64,000 nt of DNA from an uncultured bacterium (GTDB taxonomy: Bacteria > Chloroflexota > UBA5177 > JANWHV01). The stretch covers positions 608,001 through 672,000 of the forward strand of contig CAVSOU010000010.1 in the NCBI GenBank assembly GCA_963729625.1. The letters run 5' to 3'. Shown here in pieces: positions 10,349 to 21,368 of the stretch. Position 1 is the first letter of the stretch. Every line of letters starts with the position of its first letter. The translations under genes and the position numbers were made by a program. The notes under the pieces are model-generated. The model had not been told where the DNA came from and did not search any database. It was given only the letters and a program-made list of their open reading frames with translations.

Positions 10349-10510
10349 TCAGTCCTTCGGCGGCTTGGGATGTGGCCGGCGGCGCCGGCGGCGGCGCTCA
10401 GTCGGGTCCAGGGTTTCCAGCACGGCTACGCACTTCAGCAAGGCGGGGAGCGCATGCCGCTGCACACCCGGAATTGCGCCAATCCGGCGGACTATGGTCA
10501 CGATGTTCAT
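10349..10510 (-). CDS. 53-aa small protein / putative leader peptide with Arg7 and Pro-rich C-terminus
   Basis: Strong SD GGAGGAAGG just before ATG 10510; ends ...ERRRRRRRPHPKPPKD. Confidence 0.5.
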   Translation of the reverse strand: MNIVTIVRRIGAIPGVQRHALPALLKCVAVLETLDPTERRRRRRRPHPKPPKD

Positions 10511-10669
10511 TGCCTTCCTCCACGGGGTCGAACTAGCCCCTGTACCCAGCGTAGACCGCGCACGTGACAATACGATGACACAGCAATCTCATCCATGGCC
10601 CCTCACAATGGCACTTTGCCTGCTCGAGCCCGCTACTCGGTCGGTTGTCACGCTCATCGCCGTCCAGAT

Positions 10670-10762
10670 GCGGCCTGAAGGCCGCGGCTGGGCGGCCGGG
10701 TGAGCACGCGACCCGCTGCGGCAGGTGCCCCGAGCGGGCACCCGGGCCTGAAGGCCGGAGTC
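10670..10762. repeat. Two REP/IS605-end-like palindromes with TGAA loops
   Basis: GCGGCC-TGAA-GGCCGC at 10670 and GGCC-TGAA-GGCCGGAGT at ~10745; related copies at 16488-16690. Confidence 0.6.
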
Positions 10763-10827
10763 TCACACGAAGCGGCAATGGCCATGAGCAACGCACTTGA
10801 CCCGCGAGTCGCTGATGGCGAGATCCT

Positions 10828-12396
10828 TCAGCCTCGAGCGCGGGTGATGGCGTACTCCAGGCTGTCGCTCAAAGCGATCCAGCTCGCCTCGATGATGTTC
10901 TGCGAACTGCCCACTGTGCTCCAGGTATCCTGTTCGTCGCCCGTTTCGATGAGCACACGGACAACCGCGGCGGTACCGTCGTGGCCGTCCAGCACGCGTA
11001 CCTTGTAATCCAGGAGCCGGGTCTCCTCGAGATGCGGGTAATGAACCCGCAGCGCCTTGCGCGCGGCCAGGTCCAGCGCGTTCACCGGACCGTTTCCGTC
11101 GGCCGCGGTATGCTCGATTGTGCCGCCGACGTCGAGCTTGAGCATTGCCTGCGCCACCATCTCATGCGTCGGCAGGCGTTGGATTACAGTGGTGAAATCG
11201 ACCAGGCGAAACGGCGCTTCATAGTCGGGCTCAGTGCGTTGCACGAGCAAATGTACTGAGGCCTCGGCGCTCTCGAAGGCAAACCCTTCGTTCTCCAGTG
11301 CCTTGACCTGCTCGACCACTGCACTGAGGCGCAGTCCATCCAGCGTGGCGCTTCCCACACGCTCGACAAGCTCCAGCACGTTGCCTCGCCCGGAAAGCTC
11401 CGAGATAAGCGTTCGCTGCGTGTTGCCGACTCGTTCTGGCTCTATGTGCTGATACGCAATGGGAGAACGCCGCATGGCGCTGACATGCACTCCACCCTTG
11501 TGCGCGAACGCACTGTGCCCGACATATGGCTGCCCCGTCTCCAATGCCTTATTGGCGACCTCGCCGACATACCGGGCCGCTTCTGTAAGGTGCTTGAGAT
11601 TGCCGTCCGGTAGGCACCGAATGCCGTATTTGAGCTCAAGATTTGGGATGATCGAACAGAGATTTGCATTTCCGCAGCGCTCGCCATACCCGTTGAAAGT
11701 GCCCTGCACGTGCGAGGCGCCCTCGTGAACGGCCACGAGCGTATTAGCGACCGCGAGCTCGCTGTCGTTGTGCGTGTGAATGCCGATCCGCGCTTCGGGG
11801 AACGCTTCGCGAACGGTACGCACAACTGCGCCAAGCAGTTCGGGCAGCGAGCCTCCGTTTGTGTCGCACAGTACCAGCGATGCCGCGCCGGCGCCCGCTG
11901 CTGCTCTCAGCGTCGCCAGCGCGTACGCCGGATCGGCCCTGTATCCATCGAAGAAGTGCTCGGCGTCGTAGATCACGCGCAGACCCTGTGCGCGCAGAAA
12001 ACCGACCGAATCCGCGACCATCTCGAGGTTCTCCTCGAGCGTGGTCTGCAATACCTCCGTGACGTGGTGCGTCCAGGTCTTACCGAAGATCGTGACGCCC
12101 GACGTGCCGCATGCGACAAGCGCCCGCAAGTTGGCGTCGGTCTCCGCCGAGACGTTCGGTCTGCGCGTACTGCCAAACGCGTAGATCCGCGCGTGCTTCC
12201 ACGTCCGTGACGCAGCGGCCTCGAAGAACGCCACGTCCTTTGGATTTGACCCGGGCCAGCCACCTTCGATATAGTCCACGCCGAGCAGGTCGAGCCGCTC
12301 GGCTATGTGCATCTTGTCGCCGAGGCTGAGGCTTATACCCTCCCCCTGGCTGCCATCGCGTAGTGTCGTGTCGTAAACTTCCAGTAGCTCGCTCAT
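10828..12396 (-). CDS. cimA: Citramalate synthase
   Basis: YDTTLRDGSQGEG, EGGWPGSNPKD, YDAEHFFDGY, AFAHKGGVH, typical of bacterial CimA. Confidence 0.9.
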   Translation of the reverse strand: MSELLEVYDTTLRDGSQGEGISLSLGDKMHIAERLDLLGVDYIEGGWPGSNPKDVAFFEAAASRTWKHARIYAFGSTRRPNVSAETDANLRALVACGTSGVTIFGKTWTHHVTEVLQTTLEENLEMVADSVGFLRAQGLRVIYDAEHFFDGYRADPAYALATLRAAAGAGAASLVLCDTNGGSLPELLGAVVRTVREAFPEARIGIHTHNDSELAVANTLVAVHEGASHVQGTFNGYGERCGNANLCSIIPNLELKYGIRCLPDGNLKHLTEAARYVGEVANKALETGQPYVGHSAFAHKGGVHVSAMRRSPIAYQHIEPERVGNTQRTLISELSGRGNVLELVERVGSATLDGLRLSAVVEQVKALENEGFAFESAEASVHLLVQRTEPDYEAPFRLVDFTTVIQRLPTHEMVAQAMLKLDVGGTIEHTAADGNGPVNALDLAARKALRVHYPHLEETRLLDYKVRVLDGHDGTAAVVRVLIETGDEQDTWSTVGSSQNIIEASWIALSDSLEYAITRARG

Positions 12397-13517
12397 ATTG
12401 CCAATCGCCTTACTACTTCATCGCCCATCTCACCGGTGTGCAGAAACGGTGCCCCGGGCGCGGCGATATCGCGCGTGCGGTGGCCGGCGTCGAGCGTGAG
12501 CTCGACCGCCCGTTCAACCGCACGCGCAGGCTCCTCGAGTCCGAATGAATAGCGAAGCATCATGGCCACAGACAGAATGGTGCCAAGCGGATTGGCAATG
12601 GAGTGACCGGCGATGTCAGGTGCCGAGCCGTGAATCGGCTCATAGAGCCCGCGAGTCCCCTCGCCGAGGCTTGCGGAGGGCAACATACCCAGCGAACCGG
12701 CTAGCACGCTGGCTTCATCGCTCAAGATGTCGCCGAACATGTTCTCCATCACCAAAACGTCGAAGCGACCAGGATCCCGTACGATCTGCATGGCAGTGGA
12801 ATCGACAAGCGCGTGTTCGAGCTTGACATCCGGGTAGTCGCGGCCGACGGCGTTGGCCAGCTCGCGCCAGAGCCCCGAGCTGGCCAGGACGTTGGCCTTG
12901 TCAACTGACGTAACAAGCTTGCGTCTGCCGCGCGCAAGCTTGAACGCCACGTGCAAGATACGCAGTATTTCCGGGCTGGTATAGACGAGGCTGTCGATCA
13001 CACGTGTATGGCGCGTGCCAATCTTGCGGCCGCGCGGCTTGCCGAAATACAGGCCACCTGTGAGCTCGCGGACCACCAGCATGTCCGTGCCTTCGACAAC
13101 CTCGCGTTTTACCGGAGACACATCGAGAAGGGCCGGCCAGGCTCGAACGGGCCGCAAGTTGGCGAAGACGCCAAGGTGCTTGCGCAGGCCAAGCAACCCT
13201 TGTTCCGGCCGCACAATGGCTCGCGGGTCGTCCCATTTCGGCCCGCCCACGGCGCCGAGTAACACCGCATCCCCCGTGAGAGCCAGCCTCAAGGTCTCTT
13301 CTGGAAGCGGCGTGCCCATCTCGTCGATAGCGCAGCCTCCGAAGAGCGCTTGCCGTGCCTCGAAGGCGATAACCCCGCTGCCTTGTAGCGCCTGCAGCAC
13401 CTTGAGGGCCTCGGCGACAACTTCCGGCCCAACCCCGTCTCCGGGGAGCACCGTGATCGTAACGTGCGTCTTAGCGGTGTGTTGCGACTTCGTATCAGTG
13501 CCTATCTCGACCGTCAC
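12393..13517 (-). CDS. leuB: 3-isopropylmalate dehydrogenase
   Basis: LPGDGVGPE, RELTGGLYFG, NMFGDILSDEA, YEPIHGSAPDIAG. Confidence 0.97.
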   Translation of the reverse strand: MTVEIGTDTKSQHTAKTHVTITVLPGDGVGPEVVAEALKVLQALQGSGVIAFEARQALFGGCAIDEMGTPLPEETLRLALTGDAVLLGAVGGPKWDDPRAIVRPEQGLLGLRKHLGVFANLRPVRAWPALLDVSPVKREVVEGTDMLVVRELTGGLYFGKPRGRKIGTRHTRVIDSLVYTSPEILRILHVAFKLARGRRKLVTSVDKANVLASSGLWRELANAVGRDYPDVKLEHALVDSTAMQIVRDPGRFDVLVMENMFGDILSDEASVLAGSLGMLPSASLGEGTRGLYEPIHGSAPDIAGHSIANPLGTILSVAMMLRYSFGLEEPARAVERAVELTLDAGHRTRDIAAPGAPFLHTGEMGDEVVRRLAI

Positions 13518-13536
13518 ATCAACTCCTCACGTACCA

Positions 13537-15117
13537 TTACCGCTGGAACAGAGGAGTGCGCCAGTCATCCTCCACGGCACCTTGTCCTTCGGGCGTCTGC
13601 GTCAGCTTGTTCAGGGCGTTCACGTAGGCCTTGGCAGCCGCGACGATGATGTCCAGATTAACCCCGTGGCCGCTGAACACGCGCCGCGGCGAGTCCGCAC
13701 CGGCACCGTCCCTCGTCACCCGAACGCTGACTTCACCGACTGCGTCGATGCCCTCGGTGATTGCTTGCACCACAAACTCCTGCAGGGTGTGGCCGTTGCC
13801 GACAATCTGATCGATTGCCTTATACACGGCGTCGACAGGTCCGGTACCGATCGCCGATGCCTCATGCAGCTCGCCGTCCGCGCTCTCGATGCGCACTGCT
13901 GCTGTCGGAATGCCGGGCTCGCCGCAGACAACCTGGATGGACTTCAGTCGATATTTCTCTCCGGCCGGCTCGACCATGTCTATGACCAGTGCCTCCAGGT
14001 CCGCGTCGCCGATATGCTTCTTCTTGTCTGCCAGGTCCTTGAATCGGAGAAACACGCGGCCCACGTCCTCCGCCGACAAATCGTATCCGAGAGCGGCAAG
14101 CCTGGCCTTCAGGGCATGGCGACCGGAGTGCTTGCCAAGCACCAGGCTGCTCTCCAGCAGTCCGATGGACGTTGCGTCCATGATCTCATACGTGCGGCGC
14201 TCCTTAAGTATGCCATCCTGGTGTATGCCGGACTCGTGGGCGAAGGCGTTGGAGCCGACAATTGCCTTGTTCGCCTGCACCACCATGCCGGTTCGGGCAC
14301 TGACGAGGCGGCTCGTCTTGTGCAACTGAGTCGTGTCGATGTTCGTGTCCAGCCCATAGCTATCCTTGCGGGTGCGAAGAGCCATGACGATTTCTTCCAG
14401 CGCCGCGTTGCCCGCGCGTTCGCCGATACCGTTGACCGTGCATTCGACTTGGCGCGCTCCGTGGACGACGCCTGCAAGCGAGTTAGCCACCGCGACGCCG
14501 AGATCGTCGTGGCAGTGCGTGCTGATGATGCACTTCTCGACGCCAGGAACGTTCTGGACGATGTCGCGAATCATGGCGCCGTATTCGTCGGGAGTTGAGT
14601 AGCCGACCGTATCAGGGATATTCAGCGTGGTGGCGCCGGCCTCAATGGCCGCCTGCAGGACCTCGCGGAGATAGGCGGGCTCCGTACGAGTAGCATCCAT
14701 GGGGGAAAACTCAATGTCGTCGGTGTAGCCCTTCGCGCGCGCCACCATGTCACGCGTGATCGCGAGCGCGTCGGCGCGGGTCTTCTTGTATTGATGCTGA
14801 AGATGCACGTCGGACGTGGACATGAAAACGTGGATGCGAGGATGCCGGGCGCCCTTGATCGCATTCCACGCGGCATCGACATCCTCCGGCTTCGCGCGTG
14901 CCAGGGCACAGATGATCGGCTCCCTCACCTGCTCGGCAATTGCCTTCACCGCGTCCGACTCATCGGGAGAGCTTATCGGAAACCCTGCCTCGATGATGTC
15001 CACGCCCAGGCGCGCGAGCTGGCGGGCAATCTCAAGCTTCTGCGCGGCATTGAGCGTAGCTCCCGGCGCCTGCTCGCCGTCGCGCAAGGTTGTGTCGAAG
15101 ATCACTACTCGATTCAT
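13537..15117 (-). CDS. leuA: 2-isopropylmalate synthase
   Basis: FDTTLRDGEQAPG, HCHDDLG, GERAGN, AHESGIHQDG, C-terminal regulatory domain. Confidence 0.97.
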   Translation of the reverse strand: MNRVVIFDTTLRDGEQAPGATLNAAQKLEIARQLARLGVDIIEAGFPISSPDESDAVKAIAEQVREPIICALARAKPEDVDAAWNAIKGARHPRIHVFMSTSDVHLQHQYKKTRADALAITRDMVARAKGYTDDIEFSPMDATRTEPAYLREVLQAAIEAGATTLNIPDTVGYSTPDEYGAMIRDIVQNVPGVEKCIISTHCHDDLGVAVANSLAGVVHGARQVECTVNGIGERAGNAALEEIVMALRTRKDSYGLDTNIDTTQLHKTSRLVSARTGMVVQANKAIVGSNAFAHESGIHQDGILKERRTYEIMDATSIGLLESSLVLGKHSGRHALKARLAALGYDLSAEDVGRVFLRFKDLADKKKHIGDADLEALVIDMVEPAGEKYRLKSIQVVCGEPGIPTAAVRIESADGELHEASAIGTGPVDAVYKAIDQIVGNGHTLQEFVVQAITEGIDAVGEVSVRVTRDGAGADSPRRVFSGHGVNLDIIVAAAKAYVNALNKLTQTPEGQGAVEDDWRTPLFQR

Positions 15118-15154
15118 GGTTTCCTCCCTCGGAAAGGGCCTTACTCGACGTATC

Positions 15155-16150
<996 letters not shown>

Positions 16151-16220
16151 TCATCCCCTCCGCATGTATTAATGGACTCACGACATGTGGCCGGACCCTC
16201 GTTCCTGTCACCTGTCATCT

Positions 16221-16461
16221 GACCGAAGACCGCGGCGCCCGACCGGAGACCCTGGCCCCCGACCCGAGACCCGGCGCCCGACCGGAGACCCTGGCCCCCG
16301 ACCCGAGACCCCGGCGCCCGACCTGAGGCCCTGGCCCGCGACCCGAGACCCCGGCGCCCGACCCGAGACCCCGGTCGCTTGACCCGGGACCGCGGCGCCC
16401 GACCTGAGACCCCGGTCGCTTGACCCGGGACCGCGGCGCCCGACCCGAGACCCTGGCGTTT
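16221..16461. repeat. Minisatellite: 12 tandem copies of a ~20-bp unit (consensus GACCCGAGACCCYGGCGCCC)
   Basis: Units start at 16221, 16241, 16261, 16280, 16300, 16320, 16340, 16360, 16381, 16401, 16422, 16442; no unique spacers. Confidence 0.9.
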
Positions 16462-16487
16462 ACGCCGGGGAGCCTCACCCGATCTGC

Positions 16488-16690
16488 TAGCGGTGGCCTT
16501 CAGGCCGCCTTCGATTTCCCCCTGCCCTCCCTGACCGCGGCGCGCGCCGCGGCAGCGCTACCCCGCCACGTAACCCGACAACGTATGCCATCGACACATC
16601 ACGCTACCGGCTGCCACTGGGCTCGAAATGCGGTCTGAAGACCGCGGCTAGGCGATTTGTGAGGCTCTCCGGGCTGAAGCCCGGAGTTTC
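16488..16690. repeat. Inverted REP-like pair (16488-16508 and 16630-16650) plus CTCCGGGC-TGAA-GCCCGGAG palindrome
   Basis: TGAA-loop hairpins matching the 10670 and 10745 copies, with a compensatory C-G/T-A change. Confidence 0.6.
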
Positions 16691-16747
16691 CAAGCGGACT
16701 GCCGAGTTTCTGTAGAACGCTCTACACGACGATGTCATCACACCGCC

Positions 16748-17257
16748 TCAATTCGGCGTGCCGCGCACCATGGCGATGATGCCCGAGCGCACGGTCTCCT
16801 TGATGCCAAACGAACGCATGACAGCGATCATCGAGTCAATCTTGTCACGCGTGCTCGTGAGCTCCGCCGTGACCGAGTCGACGGCGATGTCTACCACGTT
16901 GGCGCCATACACCTCAAAGAGCTGCAACACCTCGTGACGCTTGTTCCCGGACGTGGAGACCTTCACGAGAGCGAGCTCGCGAGACACGTGCGGTTCGTGC
17001 GTCACCTCGGTCACCTTGGTCACTTCGATAAGCTTGTAGAGCTGCTTGCTCACCTGCTCGACATTCGTGGTGCTGGCATCGACTACCAGCGTCATGCGCG
17101 AAATGCCTGGCGTCTCGGTATGAGAGACAGTGAGGCTCTCGATATTGAATCCCCGTTGTCGAAGCAAGCTGGACACGCGGTTGAGCACGCCTGGGTGGTC
17201 CTGCATGAGGACCACCAGCGTGTGAGCGGTGACTGGCCGCGACGAATATTCAATCAT
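16748..17257 (-). CDS. ilvN: Acetolactate synthase small subunit
   Basis: HPGVLNRVSSLLRQRGFNIESL ACT domain, SRELALVKV. Confidence 0.95.
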   Translation of the reverse strand: MIEYSSRPVTAHTLVVLMQDHPGVLNRVSSLLRQRGFNIESLTVSHTETPGISRMTLVVDASTTNVEQVSKQLYKLIEVTKVTEVTHEPHVSRELALVKVSTSGNKRHEVLQLFEVYGANVVDIAVDSVTAELTSTRDKIDSMIAVMRSFGIKETVRSGIIAMVRGTPN

Positions 17258-18954
17258 GTCAGTTGCAATGTCCTCGGCTGGCTGCCTTCGACCATGTCGC
17301 TCAGGCCCAGGCCGGGCGGAATCATGGGGAAGACATTCTCTTCTGGCGCTACCCGGAAATCGATGAGCACCGGACCCGACATGGCGAGCGCCCAGTCCAC
17401 CGCGGATCCTACATCACGGGGATGCTCGACCTGTCGAGCCGGAATGCCATACCCCTCACAGATCTTGACGAAATCCGGCTGGTACATCTTCACGGCGACG
17501 TAATTCTTGTCGTAGAACAGGTCCTGCCATTGCCGCACCATGCCCAAGAAGCCGTTGTTAATGATCGCGATCTTGATCGCGATAGTGTTTTCGGCGATCG
17601 TTGCCAGCTCCTGAATCGTCATCTGAAAGCCGCCGTCGCCCACGATTGCCCATACGGACGCCTCGGGCCTGCCCGACTTGGCGCCCATAGCAGCAGGCAA
17701 GCAGAAGCCCATCGTGCCCAGGCCGCCCGAGCTGATGAACGCCGCTGCCTCGTCATACGCATATTCCTGCGCCGCCCACATCTGATGCTGACCGACGTCG
17801 GCCACAATGACCACTGGCTCTCGCGTGCGCCTGTATATCTCACGAATGGGCATGGTAGATGGAATCGGCAGAGAATCATCGACAGGCGTATGCGGCTCGC
17901 GGCGCTCGGCGCGCCAGCCCTCGATCTGGTCGAGCCAGTCACGATGATCCATCGCCGGCAGTTCCGAATTAAAGGTCCCGAGCACGGACTTGATGTCGCC
18001 CACGATTGGCACCGTGCACTTGACGTTCTTCGAAATCTCCGCCGGGTCGATGTCGATGTGCACGATCTTTGCGTGCGGTGCGAACGTAGACAGCTTACCG
18101 GTCACGCGGTCATCAAATCGCATTCCGACTCCGATAAGGAGGTCAGCCTCCTGAATGGCGAGGTTGGTGTGCGCGTGCCCGTGCATCCCGACCATACCGA
18201 AATACAGCGGATCGGAGCAGGGGTAGCCGCCGAGACCGTGGAGGGTGACCATCACCGGGATTTGTGCTTGCCGTGCAAACTGCTTCAGCTCCTCGGAAGC
18301 CCGCGATACCACCACACCATGCCCGGCCAGGATCAGCGGACGCTTGGCATCCTTGATTACCCCAATCGCCTGGCGCACCTGGCGGACATTGCCGCCCATT
18401 GTCGGTTTGTAGCCAGGCAGATCGATCGTCTCCGGATACCTGAACATCGTCTCCGAAACAAGCACGTCCTTGGGAATATCGATCAGCACTGGTCCAGGTC
18501 GGCCGGTCGACGCGATATGGAACGCCTCCTTGATCACCCGGGCCAGATCTGCCACGTCCCATACCAGGTAGTTGTGCTTCGTGATCGGCAGGGTAATTCC
18601 CGTAGCGTCTATTTCCTGAAAGAAATCTCGGCCTATCCCACTTGTAGGCACCTGACCCGTGATCGCCACGATTGGCACGGAGTCCATGTGTGCATCCGCA
18701 ATTGCCGTAACCAGATTCGTTGCTCCCGGGCCAGAGGTTGCCAAGCACACCCCGACCTTGCCGGTTGCTCGCGCATACCCTTCCGCCGCGTGTCCAGCAG
18801 CCTGCTCGTGACGAACAAGGATGTGCCGGAGATCGGGGTATTCGGGAAAAACGTCATACAGGGGAATGAGCACGCCGCCCGGATAGCCGAAAATGGTGTC
18901 CACTCCCTCACGCATCAGGCTTTCGCACAGTATGCGCGCACCGCTCAGCTTCAT
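17254..18954 (-). CDS. ilvB: Acetolactate synthase large subunit
   Basis: FGYPGG, RHEQ, TSGPGATN, RFDDRVTG, GDGGFQM...NN ThDP motif. Confidence 0.97.
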   Translation of the reverse strand: MKLSGARILCESLMREGVDTIFGYPGGVLIPLYDVFPEYPDLRHILVRHEQAAGHAAEGYARATGKVGVCLATSGPGATNLVTAIADAHMDSVPIVAITGQVPTSGIGRDFFQEIDATGITLPITKHNYLVWDVADLARVIKEAFHIASTGRPGPVLIDIPKDVLVSETMFRYPETIDLPGYKPTMGGNVRQVRQAIGVIKDAKRPLILAGHGVVVSRASEELKQFARQAQIPVMVTLHGLGGYPCSDPLYFGMVGMHGHAHTNLAIQEADLLIGVGMRFDDRVTGKLSTFAPHAKIVHIDIDPAEISKNVKCTVPIVGDIKSVLGTFNSELPAMDHRDWLDQIEGWRAERREPHTPVDDSLPIPSTMPIREIYRRTREPVVIVADVGQHQMWAAQEYAYDEAAAFISSGGLGTMGFCLPAAMGAKSGRPEASVWAIVGDGGFQMTIQELATIAENTIAIKIAIINNGFLGMVRQWQDLFYDKNYVAVKMYQPDFVKICEGYGIPARQVEHPRDVGSAVDWALAMSGPVLIDFRVAPEENVFPMIPPGLGLSDMVEGSQPRTLQLT

Positions 18955-18996
18955 CGCGCCTCCTCGGCCTTGTTGCAGTCTTTCATCCCAATGGGT

Positions 18997-19031
18997 AAAA
19001 AAAAGCCCCTTGTCCTCGACTGGACAAGGGG
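18997..19031 (-). terminator. Intrinsic terminator of the T-box leader
   Basis: CCCCUUGUCC/GGACAAGGGG 10-bp stem followed by U8 on the minus strand. Confidence 0.9.
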
Positions 19032-19275
19032 GACGAAATCACCTGCCGTACAGGCGCCCGCGGTACCACCCCACGTTGACCGAGCCCTCTTCGAGGAGGA
19101 ATCGGTCCACTCTACACGATATCGGCGTGCCACCGGCAACCGGCATCCAGCGCTCCGCCGGCTAGCAACGGCGGGACCAGAACGCGAAGCGAGTTCGGAT
19201 CGGAATGTCGCCGGCTTACAGCGCCGCCGGCTCTCTGAAGACCGTTCCGGAGTCCTACTACTCTTCGCTGCCACG
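18997..19275 (-). ncRNA. T-box riboswitch, leucine specifier (CUC)
   Basis: Stem I with AGUAG, CAGAGAG and GCUG loop; GAA-CUC specifier at 19196-19191; GGUGGUACCGCG at 19070-19059; UCGUCCC antiterminator arm overlapping the terminator. Confidence 0.92.
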
Positions 19276-19331
19276 AAGCAAAATCCCAGGTACACGATAG
19301 CACTCGTGCACCACGCACCTGATTGCTGCTT

Positions 19332-19361
19332 AGCGTACCATTCACAACTAAGGACGGTCAA
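19332..19361 (-). promoter_or_regulatory. Putative sigma70-type promoter of the ilv-leu leader
   Basis: TTGACC-N18-TACGCT with extended TG, upstream of T-box stem I. Confidence 0.55.
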
Positions 19362-19675
19362 CCCCTGCGCAGGTCGAATCTCAGGGCCTGCACGTAGTTG
19401 TGTGCCGCATCACCCGCTGCGGCGGGTACCCGGGCGGCGATGCTGCCGCGACCCTCACAGCCCACCTTCGGCCAGGCAACATAGAGTCGGGCTCGGCATT
19501 CGGGGCAGCTCCCTGGGTTGCCTCGCTCAGATTGCAGAGCTCAGTTACCCGCGCAGAATGCATCCGGTTTGCAGCGTCGCGCGTAGGGGTAGGTAGAGGT
19601 ACACAGCAACGTTCGAGCTGGTTGCCGCGCACGTGCGGCTCAAACGTCCCCTGTATCAGCGGAGGAGCCAGGCAA

Positions 19676-20356
19676 ATGGATAACAGACCACTACCGAAGC
19701 CGAGACCGATGCACATCGGCCGGAACGTGTTCCTTGCCGCGCTCGGCGCCGGCGTCGTCGGATTGGCTGTCGGGGGAAAGCGCTTGCCAGGCTTCAATCT
19801 GATCGCGTCCGCGTTCTCCGTGAACGGCTTTCAGATCTACACGACCAGCGGCATTCCGCAATTGACCGCCAAGAACTACAGCCTCAAGGTCGACGGCCTG
19901 GTCGGAAACCCGTCCACCTACACGCTCGCAGACCTCCTGGCGATGCCGAGCACGAAGATCGTCAAGGATTACCATTGCGTTACGGGGTGGGTCGTCCCCC
20001 AGTGTCGCTGGGAAGGGATCAAGCTCAGCGACTTCCTGGCCGCGCTTCAACCTACGTCGCAAGCGAAATACGTGTTGCTATCATCTGCCGACGGCAGCTA
20101 CACGGAAAGCCTCAGCCTCGATCAGGCCCACCTGCCCGACGTGCTTCTCGGCTACAAGTTGAATGACGCGCCGCTCTCGGCGGAGCAGGGATACCCGCTC
20201 CGTTTGGTGATACCCGACATGTACGGTTTCAAGTACATCAAGTGGGTGAACCGGATCACCCTTAGCAAGGAGCTTCAAACCGGCTATTGGGAGCAGCGCG
20301 GCTACGCTACCGATGCGTGGCTCGGGCCACGCAGTAATTACGGCTATGCAACATAG
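19676..20356 (+). CDS. Molybdopterin-dependent oxidoreductase (sulfite oxidase/MsrP-YedY-like catalytic domain)
   Basis: SD GGAGGAG; DYHCVTGW, WEGI, GYPLRLVIP..YGFKYIKW, GYWEQRGY. Confidence 0.88.
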   Translation: MDNRPLPKPRPMHIGRNVFLAALGAGVVGLAVGGKRLPGFNLIASAFSVNGFQIYTTSGIPQLTAKNYSLKVDGLVGNPSTYTLADLLAMPSTKIVKDYHCVTGWVVPQCRWEGIKLSDFLAALQPTSQAKYVLLSSADGSYTESLSLDQAHLPDVLLGYKLNDAPLSAEQGYPLRLVIPDMYGFKYIKWVNRITLSKELQTGYWEQRGYATDAWLGPRSNYGYAT

Positions 20357-20433
20357 GTCGTCGTCGAGAGGGGAATCGCGGGTGCACTATCGCTCGATAA
20401 GCATCCGCGTTCGACCGCGGACCGGCACGCCGG

Positions 20434-21240
20434 TTACCGGCTATGAACCTCGGCGCCCGTGATCAGGCGCACGACCTGTTCCATGCTGGTCTCAGCCGTG
20501 CGTACCGTGCCGGCGTGAGCGCCGTGCCGCAGGACGTAGATGCGGTCGGTTACCTCGAATACGTGCGGCATGTTGTGGCTGATCAGAATCACTGCCACGC
20601 CCTGTGCGCGCACGCGCTTGATCAAGTCGAGCACGCTGCGCGCCTCTTTCACACCAAGGGCGGCAGTCGGCTCGTCCAGGATCACGATCTTGCGGCTCCA
20701 CGCCACCGCGCGCGCCACAGCTACCCCTTGGCGCTGGCCGCCGGAGAGCGTGCCTACCGACTGTCGAACCGACGTGATTCCGATACGCAGGACCGAGATG
20801 CTCTCCATGGCATGCCTGCGCATCGACCGCTTGTTGAGGATATGCAGGAACGAAAAGGGGCCGGTTACTATCTCCTCGCGCCCGAGAAACAGATTGGCTC
20901 CGATATCCAGCAGAGGCACCACGGCAAGATCCTGGTAGACGGTCTCGATGCCGGCGCGGCGCGCATCGAGCGGATTATGAAATGTCACGCTCCGACCATC
21001 AATGGCGATCCGTCCGGCATCGGGGCTCAAGGCGCCGGCGAGAATCTTGATAAATGTAGACTTGCCGGCGCCGTTATCGCCGACAATGCCCACCACCTCG
21101 GCCGGATACAGCGCGAAGTCGACACCGCGGAGCGCATGAACGGGACCAAATGCCTTGCTCACGCCATGAGCCTCCAGCACTGGCGCAGCGGACCCTGCGG
21201 CGGTCACCCCACGACTCGGCACGTCCTGCATTTGCTGCAT
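20434..21240 (-). CDS. Sugar ABC transporter ATP-binding protein (single NBD)
   Basis: GDNGAGKST, LSGGQRQ, ILDEPTAALG, SHN. Confidence 0.93.
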   Translation of the reverse strand: MQQMQDVPSRGVTAAGSAAPVLEAHGVSKAFGPVHALRGVDFALYPAEVVGIVGDNGAGKSTFIKILAGALSPDAGRIAIDGRSVTFHNPLDARRAGIETVYQDLAVVPLLDIGANLFLGREEIVTGPFSFLHILNKRSMRRHAMESISVLRIGITSVRQSVGTLSGGQRQGVAVARAVAWSRKIVILDEPTAALGVKEARSVLDLIKRVRAQGVAVILISHNMPHVFEVTDRIYVLRHGAHAGTVRTAETSMEQVVRLITGAEVHSR

Positions 21241-21368
21241 CGTATTGGTCCTCTGCTGGTCAGTTTGAGTGCGGCATGCACCGGCCTGGTGCTGGTCCCT
21301 CGACGGCTCTCGGGACCAGCACCAATCGCCGCGTGTCCCGCGGACACGTGGCCTACACTACGACCGTA

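Noticed and set aside
16221-16461. CRISPR array, or repeat-protein ORFs (16144-16478)
   Set aside because: Units are contiguous with no unique spacers and no cas genes. The 19-21-bp period breaks frame, so the ORFs are artefacts.
17263-19596. 777-aa plus-strand ORF and similar long antisense ORFs (13015-14598, 21150-22523, 28492-29664)
   Set aside because: Shadow frames of clear minus-strand genes in high-GC DNA, with no motifs.
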